Below, in pieces: positions 13,058 to 26,548 of a stretch of 64,000 bases of DNA. Source of the DNA: Mustelus asterias. Taxonomy: Eukaryota. Position 1 is the stretch's first letter. Each line of letters starts with the position of its first letter. Made by a program: the position numbers and the translations under genes. The stretch is taken from assembly GCF_964213995.1 (NCBI RefSeq), contig NC_135801.1:86676001-86740000 (forward strand). The letters run 5' to 3'. The notes under the pieces are model-generated. The model did not search any database. It was not told the DNA's origin and worked only from the letters and a program-made list of their open reading frames with translations.

Positions 13058-13701
13058 GTTCTCTAGTTAAACACAACAGACTGGATGTCTTCACCCTCCA
13101 TGTCATCTTCTCTTACACTTATTTCATCCCAATAAAATATACATCAGTTTTCCTTTTAGAGCGTAGCTCAAACCTCAGCAATTTTCTCCATAGCAACCTT
13201 GGGGCTTCCTTGCTTCTGAAGGTCTCTCTGCTGGGTCAAAAGTTCAAGCATGGTTTGTGAACATACACACAGGCATATTAAATCAAACCAAAACAAACAA
13301 GCTCAACTCACCTTAAACTGAAGCCAAATTTACATTTTAACCCTTAATATAATCCACAATAGGGACAATTATAACAACTCATACCTAATATTCATAGCTT
13401 CACACACTTAGATTATTGTCCCACACTTACATCCTTCACCTTGCACACTTTACAGCTATTCAACCATGACAGGAATATCGCATAAGCAGATTGCACCACA
13501 CTCGCGACAAACCTCCCTCTCCCTTGCAATACCGGGTGGTGCACAATCACAGTTAGTGCCACATAACTGGTGGGGGACAGGCACCCCAAAGGGGGAGACG
13601 GTGCCCGCCATCATTTGAGAGGTATGACTGAGGCTTTGAAGAAGAAGGTGCGCTCCTACTTATTCCTCCTTCTCACATTCCACTTCCCACTTATTTCACT
13701 A

Positions 13702-14582
13702 TTGGTGAAATCTTACCAAAAAATGGCAGAGTGCTGTATCCAACAAGAAAACCAACGTGTTTCTCTCCAGGTCTTACAACATTCTGCCAAAAAAAATCCA
13801 GGGGGCATGTTTCACACTTCATATGCAGGATTGTGGGTAGATGGGGGGGTGGAGGGGTGGGGGGCTGAGCAGGCCAGCAAAACCTGGCTGCACATAGATT
13901 GGGGCACCATCTTTAAAGGGCGCCCCCATCAGACCCTGAGTAAATCTCCCCCTAGACCACCACGCAGGTCTCAGGGGCTTCCCTCCCTTCCCGATTGTCA
14001 GACTTCCCCCGATTATCTGACCCCTTCCCTCCACTGCAACCGTCAGTGTTGGCACCCCCCCCCCCCCCCCCCCCCACCCCACCTCCGCCAATCATTGCTG
14101 GCATCCCCAGCTCCCAGACCACCTCCACATATGAATGACTTCCCCATGAGGCTCCCACTGGGGTCCACCCCTGGAACTGACCCTGGCACAGGGTGGCACT
14201 GACAAGGTAGCACTGTGCCAAGAGGCAGTGCCAGGGGGCATTATCAAACCAATGCCTGTCCATGTCCCTCTCCCCAGGAGCTATACTCACCTTTACGTCC
14301 TTGGGGAGATCTCCATGGCAGGTTCACGTCCAGGTGAACCTGTTGTAAACTGCGCCGACGTGACGACACATCGGTACGGTCTGAATATCTGGGGGGAGCC
14401 TTAATATCTTGCTAAGGGGGGTGGTTAATAAGTGGTTTCACACCCATTATTGCCGTGAACCTGATGACATGGGCAGAGAAGATCGGAAATTTGTGATCTT
14501 GTCGGCGCGATTTCTGACTTCTGGATTTTGAGTCCCCACCGGCATTCGCACGGACGGTGAACATGGGCTCAAGATCATCCCC
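13702..14582. mobile_element. GC-rich non-autonomous Harbinger-like element
   Basis: Termini tggtgaaatcttac ... caagatcatcccc; internal ggcactgcc blocks shared with 24357-25397 and 49178-50269. Confidence 0.6.
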
Positions 14583-17500
14583 AATGTCTTCTGATTTACA
14601 AACTGCAGATTTTGCACCTCTTGATTCCAGCTCCACCCTATTGTACCCTGACCCTTATCCCTTTCTCCTTTCAGATACCCAACAACTTCCACCTGGCTGG
14701 GTATTAGCTCAGGATCAAAGCTTGGAAGTGAAAGACTCTGATGATAAAGAAACACTGCCATTTTCTCTCACACTCAGAGCACCAGCTCATATACTCACAG
14801 TGTGTGTATTTCAGAGGATAGCTTACAAGTGGGATGTGCATGTGGTGGGACACCAGCACAAGTATCCTGTAGGCTGGGCAAGGTGAAACTCTAGTGCAGG
14901 TGCCACCTTGCTAGCGGGTACAGGTACGGTAGGTGAAGGCTATAATGGGGCAGTATGCAGAAAAAGACTGATGGATGTACAGACTGAAACACTTGGTGCA
15001 TTAGCACCAAGACAGAAAGTCCGTGATCATTATCATGGAGCACGCAAGACTTGGAACACCAATACTTTACAGCCCAGAATGAAAATAAAGCAGTAAAGAG
15101 GGAAAGAAGAAAACTGATCCAAACTATTTTTTTTCCCTTCTGGGATGGTGCAGAGTTTAGAATCCATTGTTTTTAACATGAAAGACTGGTGGCCAATCCC
15201 AATAACATTGAACTCCAAGATGGCACCACTGGATTCAAATCAGTGTTGCACATTGCATTCTGCCTATTCAGTATACTTATACAGTGCCATTCCCAGCAGC
15301 TGTACTGCACAGACTGCTGGCCAGCGCAGCCAGAACTGGAAGTGTGTGTGCAAGAGGTGCATGTCATCTCGGGCCCAAAATGGCACCCGTAGCACCAAAA
15401 ATACAAGCACTAAGCAATTACGTTTTTTGGCCACAATCTTGCAATCTGGAACTCTATTGCTGCTCGGTCAATTGATATATTTTCGGGAAGGCTTTTTGTG
15501 ACCAAGCATGAGGCTGGACAAATGGAATAATACCACCCACCAGAATTCCTGCTTCTAGCACCCTCAGCATGCCATACATCTGCAAAGGACAGCTGTTCAG
15601 TGATGGAAATGGGGCCCACAAGGTTGTTTTAGTTTGGGTAATTATCGCAACCCATCACAAAGTGATTGGCCTACCTGCATCGTCAGTGTGACCTGCTAAC
15701 TCTGCCCGGGACTTACAGGACACTGCCACAGATTTATAGCTCCCTCCCACCCCCACCTACTGGCTGTCTCAGCAGCCCTGACACCCACTGAAGTACATGA
15801 CAGGAATGTGTTACTCTGGCTGACTCCAGGAATTCTGATGAAGCCAGGCACAGAGGTGAAGTGGAACTACCACTCCAAAATTATTATGAGAGTGAAGCAG
15901 CATTGTGAGTGTTCTGGCCCAGTAGTGGCAACAGTTTCCTTCATTTGCTCACATTTGTATGATAAATATACAAGCCAGAAGCTTCAATTAATTGTAATAT
16001 GTGCTGAACTGAAATGTTGCATTTAATATTTCTTGCAATCACAGTATTGTAGATCATTTATCACATTTCAGTTATTTGCACCACAAACTGGAGCCAAATA
16101 GACTTGAGGTCACACAAGCAATTAGTTACGTGCACAACAACCACGGTGATTTTCGAAGAATACAGTTAAATGCAGCATTGCCATTCTCTCCTGGTCATTT
16201 TCAGAATGTAATCAGATATTGTTGTGACATTGCATTAAATTATATACTGAGGCAGCTATTAGGGCTACTGATTGTAAATGAGTCACTTGCTAATCTAGTA
16301 AAATCATTTAAAATATTATTGTGTTAACTTCCCCAGCAACAAGTGACTTATTGATCCACGAAGCTTTGCTTATCCAACAGGTAATTTGCTAAGATAAACA
16401 TGGTTGGATCTTTAGACACTGCAGTATTGATTCAATGTCAGATGAATTTCTCAACTAAACAAGGCCTGTCTGAAGTTAGCGTCAATAAAAGTGACCCCTG
16501 TCACTGTAAAGGTTTCAGTTCATCCATTGATATCCAAAGTGCATCTCACCGACTATATTATTTTCTGTTGACTGCTTTGTTTTTTCTGTATGAATCATCA
16601 TCCATTCAGATGAAATTCTACTTTTCCACTATCTGACAGCTCAATAATTCATCTGCCAAGCGATGGCCTACATACCAGACTCTGACATATAACCTGTCAG
16701 GAAGGGAGATATAAGAAAGTCAAATGAATCCTTCACGGGTTTGTGAAGAAATTAAAATAGTCCTAATCTGCAAATACTGTCAATATTAATTTCAGATATC
16801 TGATGATTGGTCACTTCATGATCTGAAGTTTCATTACAGAATCAACTACTTCTTTTGTGTGAAATCTATTGTGTCCCTGTGACAAGGAATGTTAAGTACC
16901 GACAGCCGATATGGGCACAGCAGATTACATTCAGCCTCAACTGTGGACATGGGCCATTACTATGGACAGACTGATAGCAAAAGACTTCAACCTAGGATTC
17001 AGGTGCTGAGGATTGAAGAATACTGGGACAATTGAGTGTAGTTTCATGCCAAATTATTTTCAAAAGATAGTGAAGTGTTGAACCGAGTCCATAATGGTTT
17101 ATGTTATAAGGAGATGCTTGTGAAGCGAAATTTGTTTTCATTGCTGAAATTAAGTGGTTGTGTGTGTAAGTGTGTGGTGAGGGTGTAGGGACAGAATGGG
17201 GTTGGGGATGTGCTGTGAAAAGGAGAAGAAAATCCCCAAATTATTATGTCCAGGCATTGCTAAGCCATCATTCCCTGGGGAGGTGGGAAGGAATTTGATG
17301 TGGGAGCCAGTCATGCCAGACCATGGCCTTCCCTATAGCACAATCACAGTTTTGCCAAAGCTGGAAGAATATTGTCATGAATGCGTGTTGGTGTTGATGC
17401 TTATGTGGTGGAGGGTAGGGGAATATGCCTATGCTTGTGTGGTTGGCAGGGGGAATGCCCCAATGCTTGCCTCATGGGGCAGTGTCGCTCCAATGTTTGT

Positions 17501-17750
17501 GAGGGAGAGGGGGTTCTCCATGTCCGTGGGGAAGGGGCAGAGTTTAATTCCAGTGCAGATTGGGGTGCCCTATACAGATTGCACATCGATCTCTGTGGAG
17601 ACAACCTTGCTGTCTCGATCAGGCTCCAGAGTGACGGCATAAACCCCACCCCCAGATTCTCTGTGCACTGAGTCCCAGAGAATCTGGAATGAAAACTCGG
17701 CTGTGCATCTGGAGAGGTACATATTGGTTTTCAGTCTGAACCTGACACTC

Positions 17751-17888
17751 TGGCTGGAATTCTGCAATGTCGTTCGCCCTGCTCCTGCTGCCAGCGAGAA
17801 TGGAGAATTTGGCAGTCAGCCAAATCTCCATTCAGAGCAGCAGGACTGGAGAATCCCAGCTGCAAGCGAGGTCAGAGAATTCCAGCCT
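17751..17888. mobile_element. Short Harbinger-like MITE
   Basis: TIRs ggctggaattct ... agaattccagcc; related to 46741-46877 and 55325-55455. Confidence 0.8.
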
Positions 17889-18004
17889 CCACCAGATTTT
17901 GGGAAAATTCTCCCTACGTAGAAGTAACAAATTGAAAAGGACTATTCAGCCCAACTAGCCCGTGTCGGTAACCCTTCTCTGTGCGAACATGCAGTCTTAT
18001 TTAC

Positions 18005-18155
18005 CCATATCTCCTTTTCCTTCATTCGTATATTCTCAATTGTTGGCATGGGTGAACTTTCTAACAGAGCATGAAACAGGCAGTGGGTCTGCTGCCCCAT
18101 AATTTCCCTTAGCAATGATTTCATCTGGGCAAGATCATTGCAGGGGTCATAGGAA
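18005..18155 (-). CDS. Candidate coding exon of an unidentified host gene
   Basis: cag/ at 18156-18158 and /GTAAAT; one open frame SYDPCNDLAQMKSLLREIMGQQTHCLFHALLESSPMPTIENIRMKEKEIW; non-repeat sequence; protein not recognised. Confidence 0.25.
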
Positions 18156-19234
18156 CTGGGTAAGCAATGTGTTTGTAGATTAAAGGCTCAGAGACCTTAG
18201 CTCCAAAGTCTCATTCCCATAGGCAGGACCTTTTGCAGAGCCAGAATCAGTACTTGGCTGGCAGTCTGGAGCAGACGTTAGGCCTACAAGAGGCTAATGT
18301 AAGACATCGTAAAGTAAATTCAAATACATAATGCAAGGGTAGTACACACATTTCTGAATTTTAAAACTTGGCACACACTAGCTATCATAGTGACAGAATC
18401 AGCTTTTCTCTCTCACCAAAGTGAGTCTTCAAAGAATCACAGTGCAACCAGTTACATTTTCTGATTTACTTTGTATGTTTTTAAATGCATTTTTATAGAA
18501 GTTGGGAAGATTGTCACAATTTACACACAATTATGCTAGATGTACACATTGTTTCATTAGATGAAAAAAATTAGAGTAAATATTCTAAACTGATTACTTT
18601 AAATGGGGGCCTTCATGACCCGACCCCAACATCAGGTAAATTTGTCAGAGGGCTCAGGGACGGGAATCCGGAGTGGCGGCGATGGAGGAAGCACTGCCTG
18701 GGGTGTATCAATGCCTTCTTGTGAGTCCAGAGTGCACACTTTCTGGAAAATTTGGCCTGGTGGAAAAACCAACTCAGGCTTTAGGTTTAAAATGAGAAAC
18801 TGGGCCCCAATGACATCATTAGAACTTGATCTGCATGTTTATAGAGGACCCTCACCTGCTTGGCACTGGTGTCCTTGCTGCCTCCAACTTAAAATTGCAG
18901 GCAGCTTGATTGGGATAGGAAAGGAATGGGTAAACCCTGTCTCCATTTTCTCTTTGCCTGGGTCTGTATCTCAGAATGATGCAGGGATTACACTGTGTGT
19001 GCACCTGTTTTACTTAGTGAAATATCAACTCCATGCCATAGTTCCAGCTTTCAGCTCTTTTTAGTTTGTTCACTTTTCTCTGAGTCCACATCCAGGTTTA
19101 AACAATCAAGCACAGTGAGCACCAATAGTAAACAGACAGGCATAATCAAACACAAAACAATACAGAACACTACAGATGAGAGAATTAAAATCAAGGCTTG
19201 AGTCTCTCTTTCGTCCTTCTTACACAATTCATCC

Positions 19235-22200
19235 AATTTGCTTCCCTTTCCCCAAATCCGTACTTTTAATCTTCTCTGGCAATCCCCCATGTGCTGGCTT
19301 GTCAAAGATGTTCAGTAAGTCCATGTGCACTACAGTCACTGCATTCCCACATTTACCATATCTGTTACCTCCTCAGAGAATTTTAAAATGTTTACTAAGC
19401 ACAATACGCAGACAGGAAGGTGGGTTGAAGTGTGTCTACTTCAATGCAAGGAGCATCCGGAATAATGTAGGTGAACTTGGAGCGTGGATTGGTACTTGGG
19501 ACTATGATGTTGTGACCATTACGGAGACATGGTTAGAACAGGGACAGGAATGGTTGTTGGAAGTTCCGGGGTATAGATGTTTCAGTAAGAGTAGGGAAGG
19601 TGGTAACAAAGGTGGAGGAGTAGCATTGTTAATCAAGGATAGTTTAACGGCTACTGAAAGGCAGTTCGAGGGGGATCTACCAACTTAGGTAATATGGGCT
19701 GAAGTTAGAAATAGGACAGGAGCGGTCACGTTGTTGGGGGTTTTCTATAGGCCCCCAAATAGTAATAGAGATGTGGAGGAAGAAATTGCAAAGCAGATTA
19801 TGGATAGGTGTGGAGGTCACAGGGTAGTTGTCATGGGTGACTTTAACTTTCCAAACATTGATTGGAACCTTTATAGGTCGAATAGTTCGGATGGGGCAGA
19901 TTTTATACAGTGTGTGCAGGAGGGTTTCCTGACACAATATGTGGATAGGCCGACAAGAGGTGGGGCCACATTGGACTTGGTACTGGGTAATGAACCGGGC
20001 CAAGTGTTAGATTTGGTTATGGGAGAGCACTTTGGAGATAGTGACCACAATTCGGTGTCTTTCATTATTGCAATGGAGAGGGATAGGGCCTTATGGCAGG
20101 GCAAGGTTTATAATTGGGGGAAGGATAATTATGATGTGATTAGGCAAGAATTAGGGAGCATAAGATGGGAACAGAAACTGTCAGGGAAAGGCACAAATGA
20201 AAAGTGGAGCTTGTTCAAGGAACAAATACTGCATGTCCTTGATAGGCATGTCCCTGTCAGGCAGGGAGGAAATGGCCGAGTGAGGGAACCATGGTTCACA
20301 AACGAGGTTGAATGTCTTGTCAAGAGGAAAAAGGAGGCGTATGTAAGGATGAAAATACAAGGTTCAGTTGGGTTGCTTGAGGGTTACAAGGTAGCAAGGA
20401 ATGAGCTAAAAAAAGGGCTTAGGAGAGCTAGGAGGGGGTATGAGAAGTCCTTGGCGGGTCGGATCAAGGAAAACCCCAAGGCTTTTTACTCTTATGTGAG
20501 AAATAAAAGAATGACCAGGGTGAGGTTAGGGCCGGTCAAGGGTAGTAGTGGGAAATTGTGCATGGAGTCAGAAGAGATAGGAGAGGCGATGAATGAATAC
20601 TTTTCTTCAGTGTTCACCAAGGAGAGGGACCATGTTTTTGAGGATGAGAGTGGGATACAGGTTGATAGGTTGGAGGAGGTAGATGTTCTAAGGGAAGGTA
20701 TATTAGCAATTTTGAAAACCCTGAGGGTCGATAAGTCCCCTGGGCCAGATGGGATATATCCTAGGATTCTTTGGGAGGAAAGGGATGAGATTGCAGAGCC
20801 TTTGGCTTTGATCTTTGGGTCCTCACTGTCCACGGGGACAGTGCCAGAGGACTGGAGAGTGGCGAATGTTGTTCCTCTGTTCAAGAAAGGAAATAGAATT
20901 GACCCTAGTAATTATAGGCCGGTTAGTCTTACTTCGGTGGTCGATAAGTTAATGGAAAAGGTCCTGAGGGATAGGATTTATGACCATTTGGAAAGATGTA
21001 GCTTAATCCGTGATAGTCAGCAAGTCTTGCCTCACAAATTTGATTGAATTCTTTGAGGAGGTAACTAAGTGTGTAGATGAAGGTAGAGCAGTTGATGACG
21101 TATACATGGATTTTAGTAAGGCGTTTTATAAGGTTCCCCATGGTAGGCTCATGAAGAAAGTAAGGAGGTGTGGGATAGAGGGAAATTTGGCCGATTGGAT
21201 AAATAACTGGCTATCTCATAGAAGACAGAGGGTGGTAGTGGATGGAAAATTTTCAGACTGGAGACCAGTTACCAGCGGTGTACCACAGGGATCAGTGCTG
21301 GGTCCTCTGCTATTTGTGATTTTTATCAATGACTTGGAGGAGGGGGCTGAAGGGTGGGTCAGTAAATTTGCTGATGACACCAAGATTGGTGGAGCAGTGG
21401 ATGAGGTGGAGGGCTGTTATAGGCTGCAACGAGACATAGATAGGATGCAGAGCTGGGCCGAAAAATGGCAGATGGAGTTTAACGCTGATAAGTGCGAGGT
21501 GATTCATTTTAGTAGAACAAATTTGAATGTGGATTACAGGGTCGACGGCAGGGTTCTGAAGACTGTGGAGGAACAGAGAGATCTTGGGGTTCATATCCAC
21601 AGATCTCTGAAGGTTGCCACTCAAGTGGATAGAGCTGTGAAGAAGGCCTATAGTGTGTTAGCGTTTATTAACAGGGGGTTTGAGTTTAAGATCGTGGGGT
21701 TATGCTGCAACTGTACAGGACCTTGGTGAGACCACATTTTGAATATTGTGTGCAGTTCTGGTCACCTCACTATAAGAAGGATGTGGAAGCATTGGAGAGA
21801 GTGCAGAGGAGATTTACCAGGATGCTGCCTGGTTTGGAGGGTAGGTCTTATTAGGAAAGGTTGAGCGAGCTGGGGCTTTTCTCTTTGGAGCGGAGGAGGA
21901 TGAGGGGCGACTTAATAGAGGTTTATAAGATGATGAGGGGGATAGATAGAGTGGACGTTCAGAGACTATTTCCTCGGGTGAATGTAGCTGTTACTAGGGG
22001 GCATAACTATAAGGTTCGTGTTGGGAGATATAAGAGGGATGTCCGAGGTAGGTTCTTTACTCAGAGAGTGGTTGGGGTGTGGAATGGACTGCCTGCTGTG
22101 ATCGTGGAGTCGGACACTTTAGGAACTTTCAAGCGATTATTGGATAGGCACATGGAGCTCATCAGAATGATAGGGAGTGGGATAGCTTGATCTTGGTTTC

Positions 22201-23300
22201 GGACAAAGCTCGGCACAACATCGAGGGCCGAAGGGCCTGTACTGTGCTGTACTAGTCTATGTTCTATGTAAGTCCCTTATTTAATTCATACTTGCTATTT
22301 CTCACTATTTTTCTTTACCTAAATACAAAGTAACGTGATCCAAATTCAAAAGTATTTATTTTCCTACCACTGATGTTAAGCTAACTGGTCTGTAATTACC
22401 CGGATTAGCTCTGTCGGTTTTATGATACCTCAGGCACTCTCCAATCCTCAAAGACATATTCACTCTTAATAAAATGCTGAAATGTATATCTAGCGCCTCA
22501 GCAATTTCCTCCCTCATCTCCCGCAGGAGCCTATGATGTATTCCTTGAGCACAAGCACTTTGTCTTCCTCTGTTCTAACTAACTTAAAAATTTCCTTTCA
22601 TCCATCATAATATTATTCATTTCACTCTTAACCACTTCAGGATTCATCTCCTGTTTGACACTTGTCTCTTTAACACATAGCAGCGTGAAGTATTTTTAAA
22701 ATGCCTGCATCATTTTTTGATCATCACCTGAAAATGGACAATTATCTCTTCATAGATGTATTATCTCAATTTTTAAAAAATTCTTTTTGTTATTCTACCT
22801 ACAAAATTCTTCACTGCTCTTTTTGATTTTTCTGAACATTTTCCCTCATTCTTCTTAGCTTTCCTTATCCCACGCCTAATCTTACATTTTCTCATATTTT
22901 CCATTTTTTGTCATTATTGTAATTATAGTCCTCAAACACGCATTTCATCAATTTTGATTGTTTTCTAATCTATTTATGTATGGTATCCAAAATCCATTAC
23001 TACTTTCCTTTTTTATTAGTGAAACTTTACCTTTGCAATCCTTCGTGTTGGGTCTTAAACTTACCATATTGCGGTCATTATTCCCAAGTTGTGCACGCAA
23101 ATCGAGGTCTTCTACCTGTTCCATTTCATAACTCAACTGGAACGAACAATGTCCCTGCTCTTGTGATGTTCCTGTTTATAGAAGGTACATTTCTGAAATT
23201 CCACTCCTGATTCACCATTTACTCCCTCTGTCCAAATCAATCAATGGTTAATTAACATCTCCCAGCACATTAATCTTGTAATTCTGACTCAACTCGTCCA
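19235..23300 (-). mobile_element. Old, heavily decayed CR1 ORF2 (APE to RT), split by a young CR1
   Basis: Minus-strand [16 protein letters not shown] at about 22360-22410 and EFxEEVT-like sequence at about 19360-19385; halves rejoin across TAAG. Confidence 0.7.
19400..22268 (+). mobile_element. Young CR1 LINE with near-complete but disrupted ORF2 (APE endonuclease plus RT) and 3' tail
   Basis: [52 protein letters not shown]; frameshifts near 19680, 21020 and 21690 and a stop near 21852; (TTCTATG)n tail; TAAG at 19396-19399 and 22269-22272 is a possible TSD. Confidence 0.97.
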
Positions 23301-23302
23301 TT

Positions 23303-23620
23303 TCATAGAATCCCTACAGTACAGAAAGAGGCCATTCGGCCATTGAGCCTGCACCGACAACAATCCCACTCAAGCCCTGTCTCTGTAACCCCACGTATTT
23401 ACCCTGCTAATCCCATTGATACTCAGTGGCAATTTTAGGCCCGATCCACCTAACTCGCACATGTTTGGACTGTGGGAGGAAACTGGAGCACCCGGGGAAA
23501 TCCACACAGACACGGGGAGAAGGTGCAGACTCCACACAGACAGTCACCTGAGGCTGGAATTGAAACCCAGGTCCCCGGTGCTGTGAGGCAGCAGTGCTAA
23601 CCACTGTGCTACCGAGCTGC
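23303..23620 (-). mobile_element. HE1-like V-SINE, CR1-type tail
   Basis: A/B-box head at 23560-23615, V-domain, tail catagaatccctacag. Confidence 0.9.
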
Positions 23621-23819
23621 CTGCACCACCCCACATTTAACTGCACGTTTCCTATTCTGTTTCTTCCCTACCGTTTGATGGCCTAATCTTCACCATTATA
23701 TTTCAACCATATTGACTCTCTACAGTGTGTGGTCCTTCGGTTACCAATGCTACCATTCCATCTCCTTTTCTACCTTCTCTATCCCCCCAGATCCTGTTTG
23801 CTCAACTCTCAAATGGCCA

Positions 23820-24185
23820 GTGTTTGGAGGAGGACAAAGAAAATGTTTCAAAGACACTCTGGACCTATCCTTGAAGACTGGCAGTGCTGACATTAATGAC
23901 TGGGAGGAGCTTGCTACCAATCATTCATGATAGTACCATCTTCCATGCAGCAAGCTGGATTATACTTTGAGTCACAATGCCTTCATGCTGAGGCAGAGCG
24001 ATGGGAGAGATGGAAAGGAAAGAAAACAAATCCTGCATTCCGGATCCCAATACCTCACCGGATGTCCTGGCTGATGTGCCCAAAGATCTATGGGTCGAGA
24101 ATTGACCTGTTCAGTCCCATGGTAGAAACTTACACTCCTGCGTAGACATCATCCTCAAATCGAGGGATAACTGCCACCAAGGAAA
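23820..24185 (+). mobile_element. RTE-clade LINE 3' fragment
   Basis: GGQRKCFKDTLDLSLK...DWEELATNHS and CPKIYGSRIDLFS match the RTE C-terminal GGQxKRFKDxLK...WExLA and Zn-finger remnant. Confidence 0.75.
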
Positions 24186-24356
24186 ACCTTCCAAATATAT
24201 TGCGTGCTGAATTTTAAAGTTTGAACCAGCTTGCGATAGGGGAGGCGAGGATATTGGCTCAGAAAATCAAGATGTAGGAGGGAATGTCCGATAATTTGTC
24301 AGAATGTCAGGCTGTGACGGAAAACTGGTGCGTATCTCTCTGAGTTTTCAGACCAT

Positions 24357-25397
24357 GGGGGCAATTCTCCCAGCCCGCTGTGCTGCTCAATTAGCGCAAT
24401 GGACCAGGAGATATCAGCAGGGGCCATTTTGTGGGTTTTCTGCTGGGCAGCACGGCCTTCACACATTTCCACAACCAGGTTTTTCTGTGCAATCAGCTCC
24501 ACGCTGATTTCCAGCACTGAGCTGATTTCAATATGGAAGTAGCAATTTCCATCGGATTTGCGGGCCAGGGACTGAAGTCTCCAGTCCGACGAGTGTCTCT
24601 CCCCCCGCTGGGAGTGGTTCACTATTGTGGGATTTACTAACAGGGAACTGGTGGCCCGACTCCATTGGGGAGAAGAGAGGCCATTGAGGCCCCTCAGGAG
24701 ATCGGGGACAAGGGGGGCGCCCCTTGGATAGTGCCCAAGGAACAAACTGGCAATGTCCAAGTGGCACCTTGCCATGCTCACTGGGCATCAGGCAATGCCA
24801 AGGGAGTGGGGCCAGAGGAGTGGGGCCAGAGAAGTGGGGCCTATTGGGCAGGCGGGGCCTATTGGGGGCGACCAGTGGGTGTGGGGGGTACCTGCTGCCA
24901 CTCTGCATTGGGATCGCTGGGAGAGGGAGGGAAGCGGGCAAACATGGCTGGCCACATGGGTGGGAGGGGGGGTCAGGGTTGCCGGGTGGGTCGGGGATGA
25001 TGATCGGTGGGGGGATGGGGGGGAGGATTGGGACTGTCGGGGTGGAGGTCGGGGCTGGCCGGGGCAGGGGGGACATCGGAGCTGGTCCGGAGAGGTCTGG
25101 GAGGCCAGCGACCTGGGGGTTGGGGGGTCGGAAGGCCAGCAATGGAGGGTTGCAGGGCTGGCCAGAGATCGAGAGGTCGACAATGCGGGGCTCTGATAGA
25201 TTGGCGCATGCGCAGTGGCCTCTCGGGTGGAATAGGCCCTGCCCCCAGATTTACAAAGTGAATCACGCTGAGGCACTCTATGATGCACAGAGTGTCGGAG
25301 ATTCATTCTGGAAATCAAGCTAAAGAAAACAATGGGATTTACTCCCATTTTCCTGCACGTTGGGAACTTAGAATTTTGTTTGGGAGAATCTCGGCCC
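24357..25397. mobile_element. About 1-kb GC-rich non-autonomous Harbinger-like element, probably nested in a related element (about 24203-25777)
   Basis: TIRs gggggcaattctccc / gggagaatctcggccc; related copy in opposite orientation at 49178-50269. Confidence 0.8.
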
Positions 25398-25822
25398 AGA
25401 TCTTCAGCAACTCAGATAAAAAAAACAGGGCCTGATAGAGCTGGCAAGGCCCCTGCCACAGGTTGGCACTGCCAGGTTGGCACCCCAGCAGGATCCCCCC
25501 GACTGAATCCTGTTCTTCTGAAGCTGTTGTAAACCTCACCGACGTGATTTGAATATTTAGTGAGTGGGAAATCATGTGCCAGGGAGACACGATAATAGTA
25601 TTTAAATTTATTAACATCCATTTATGGGCAGAAACCTTGTTAAGCCACCAGCGAGGAGCAGGAAAAATCAGGAAATTAGATCTCACCGGCGAGAATCCTG
25701 TTCCTCGGCTCTCGTGAGATTTTGCACCTGTGTCACTGTTTACACTTGTGGCGAACACTGGCGCAAAATCATTCCCTTAGAATCAGTCTGGGTGGAGCTA
25801 AGAAGCAACAAGGGAAGAAAAG

Positions 25823-26370
25823 CCAAGGAGAACAGTCCCAACCTCTCCAATCTATCCTCATAACTGAAGTTTCTCATCCCTGGAACTATTCTTATAAACC
25901 TCTTCTGCAGTTTCTTCAATGCATTCACATCCTTACTACAGTGTGGCACACAGAACTGTGCACAATATTCCAACTGAGGGCTAAGTGTCTTGTATAAGTT
26001 TAGCATAACCGCCTTGCTCTGGTACTCTATGCCCCTATTAATTATGCCCAGAATATTGACTGCTTTCTGCTTGACTGCTTTATTGACTGCTCTCTTCACC
26101 TGTCCTGCCACCATCAATGGTCTGTGCACATATACACTCAGGTCCCTCTGCTCCTGCAATCTTTTAAGAATTTTATATGTTTTTTATATTGTCTCTCCAT
26201 GTTCTTCCTACCAAAATGCAATGCTTTTCACTTCTCCGCATTGAATTTCATTTGCCATCTATCTGCCCACTTCATTAACTTGTTTATGTCCTTTTGAAGT
26301 TCCACACTGTACTCCTCACAGTTTGCAATACATCCAAGTTATCCGCAGACAATGAAACTGTCCCCTGCAC
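25823..26370 (-). mobile_element. CR1 RT C-terminal fragment
   Basis: ORF 25740-26159: EQRDLSVYVH...LNLYKTLSPQLEYCAQF...EDRLERLGLFSL. Confidence 0.9.
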
Positions 26371-26380
26371 ACCAATCTAT

Positions 26381-26548
26381 GGGTGGGATTTACCATGTAA
26401 CCTACCTCGGGGGGAACCCGCCATCGGCTGGCGGCAGGATCCTTTGGTCCTGCCATTGTCAATGGAGTTTCACATTAAATTCACCCCTCACAGCTGGACA
26501 ATCCTGCAACGGAATTGCGCCATCGTCAGGCCTGGAAGATCCTGCCAA
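26381..26548. mobile_element. Short Harbinger-like MITE
   Basis: gggtgggatttacc ... ggaagatcctgcc. Confidence 0.65.

Larger units (their letters stand above)
9509..13376. mobile_element. Probable solo LTR (about 0.9 kb net) containing nested insertions
   Basis: Termini TGTTATGA...TTATAACA; flanks actt/actc (imperfect 4-bp TSD); the flanks rejoin as atcaggact(c)atacctaa in the Harbinger intron. Confidence 0.65.
8240..15490 (+). mobile_element. Decayed PIF/Harbinger transposon 1 (multi-exon Myb/SANT gene remnant), split by many nested insertions; ends approximate
   Basis: Myb exon at 8820-9060; exon-2-like VVHNHS*CHITGGGQAP at about 13530-13590; acidic exon after tttctcctttcag at 14676; RKRLMDVQTETLGALA at about 14960-15010. 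Confidence 0.7.

Noticed and set aside
24299-25348. Overlapping ORFs of 150-200 aa on both strands
   Set aside because: Pro/Gly-rich products of a GC-rich MITE that lacks stop codons; the same applies to 12239-12739, 13570-14202, 28017-28388 and 49226-49747
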